Positions 59,490-64,000 of a DNA stretch of 64,000 nt are shown here, in pieces. The stretch comes from the human T2T-CHM13v2.0 reference genome, Homo sapiens: NCBI RefSeq assembly GCF_009914755.1, contig NC_060927.1; one strand, given 5' to 3'. The translations under genes and the position numbers were made by a program. Below the pieces are notes generated by a model. It searched no databases. It was not told the DNA's origin and saw only the letters and a program-made list of their open reading frames with translations. The stretch's first letter is position 1, and the number at the start of each line of letters is the position of its first letter.

Positions 59490-59571
59490 ATTCACTTAAG
59501 GTGCTTAGCACAGTGTCTGTAAATAGAAATCCCTCAAAACATATTCGTTATTATTTTTAACTTTATTTTAA

Positions 59572-62972
<3,401 letters not shown>

Positions 62973-63306
62973 GTATTTGTATCCAGAATATATACCAATA
63001 TGAGTTGATGTATTGATATATACCAATATTGACCAATATGTATCTAGAATATATATCAGTTAGTTTTTTAAAAGTTGGCTTCAGAATTGTTTATAACAAT
63101 GTTGAATACTAAATGATTATGTTAATGCCTTTATAATATTTAATATTTTATATAAATAAAATAAAATGTAGTGTCATTCTAGAATTCTGTACCCAGGAAA
63201 ATCATTGTTCACATACAAGGGCAGGCAGGCCACAAACATTTTCCAAATATGTAAGCATGGAGAGAAGGTTGTTCTCATGATACTTTCTCTAAAAGTTTTC
63301 AAAGAG

Positions 63307-63490
63307 TAGCATTTTCCAATAGAACTTTCTGCAATGATGGAAATATCTGTATCTTCACCCTCCATTATGGTGAAATCTTCAACCCCACGTAGTTAGCTAT
63401 TAAGCATCTAAAATGTCACTAGTGCAACTGGAGAACTGAATTTTATTAATTTTATCAACTTGTTAATTGATTAATAAGTTAAATTAATTT
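63307..63490. mobile_element. MER3-like hAT DNA transposon remnant
   Basis: ccaatagaactttctgcaatgatggaaatat...aaatgtcactagtgcaactggagaactgaatttt. Confidence 0.65.
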
Positions 63491-63612
63491 TATTAAGTTT
63501 ATTTTTATTTTACTTTATTTGAGACAGGGTCTCGTTCTGTCACCCACGCTGGAGTGCCATGGCCTCAACTTCCCAGGCTCAAGCAAGCCTTCCACTTCAG
63601 CCTCCCTAGTAG

Positions 63613-63987
<375 letters not shown>

Positions 63988-64000
63988 TAGCCAGATGGTC

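Overview
Primate, almost certainly human, genomic DNA holding the 3' two-thirds of PAK2 (p21-activated kinase 2) on the + strand. There are 13 coding exons (5351-38092), all GT-AG with consistent phases, totalling 1388 nt: CRIB/autoinhibitory region, caspase site, kinase domain and TAA stop. Exon numbers 3-15 assume the known PAK2 gene structure. A ~4.2 kb 3'UTR follows, then ~22 kb of repeat-dense intergenic DNA. Almost all other ORFs in the track are Alu or low-complexity artefacts. Main points of interest: (1) a ~6.46 kb C/T-only (CCTT/CCCT/CCCTT)n array in the intron that splits the kinase Gly-rich loop, lying between the poly(A) tail of an antisense Alu and its target-site duplication, an architecture like the RFC1 AAGGG repeat; (2) a MER41 solo LTR downstream of the gene with two perfect tandem GAS (STAT) motifs; (3) an Alu-disrupted RPL19 processed pseudogene; (4) an 8x36-bp VNTR and a truncated L1PA in the last intron; (5) an Alu-Alu-mediated tandem duplication; (6) an LTR8 inserted inside an Alu. 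Repeat subfamily names come from recalled consensus sequences, not from a search, and repeat boundaries without a stated TSD are approximate.
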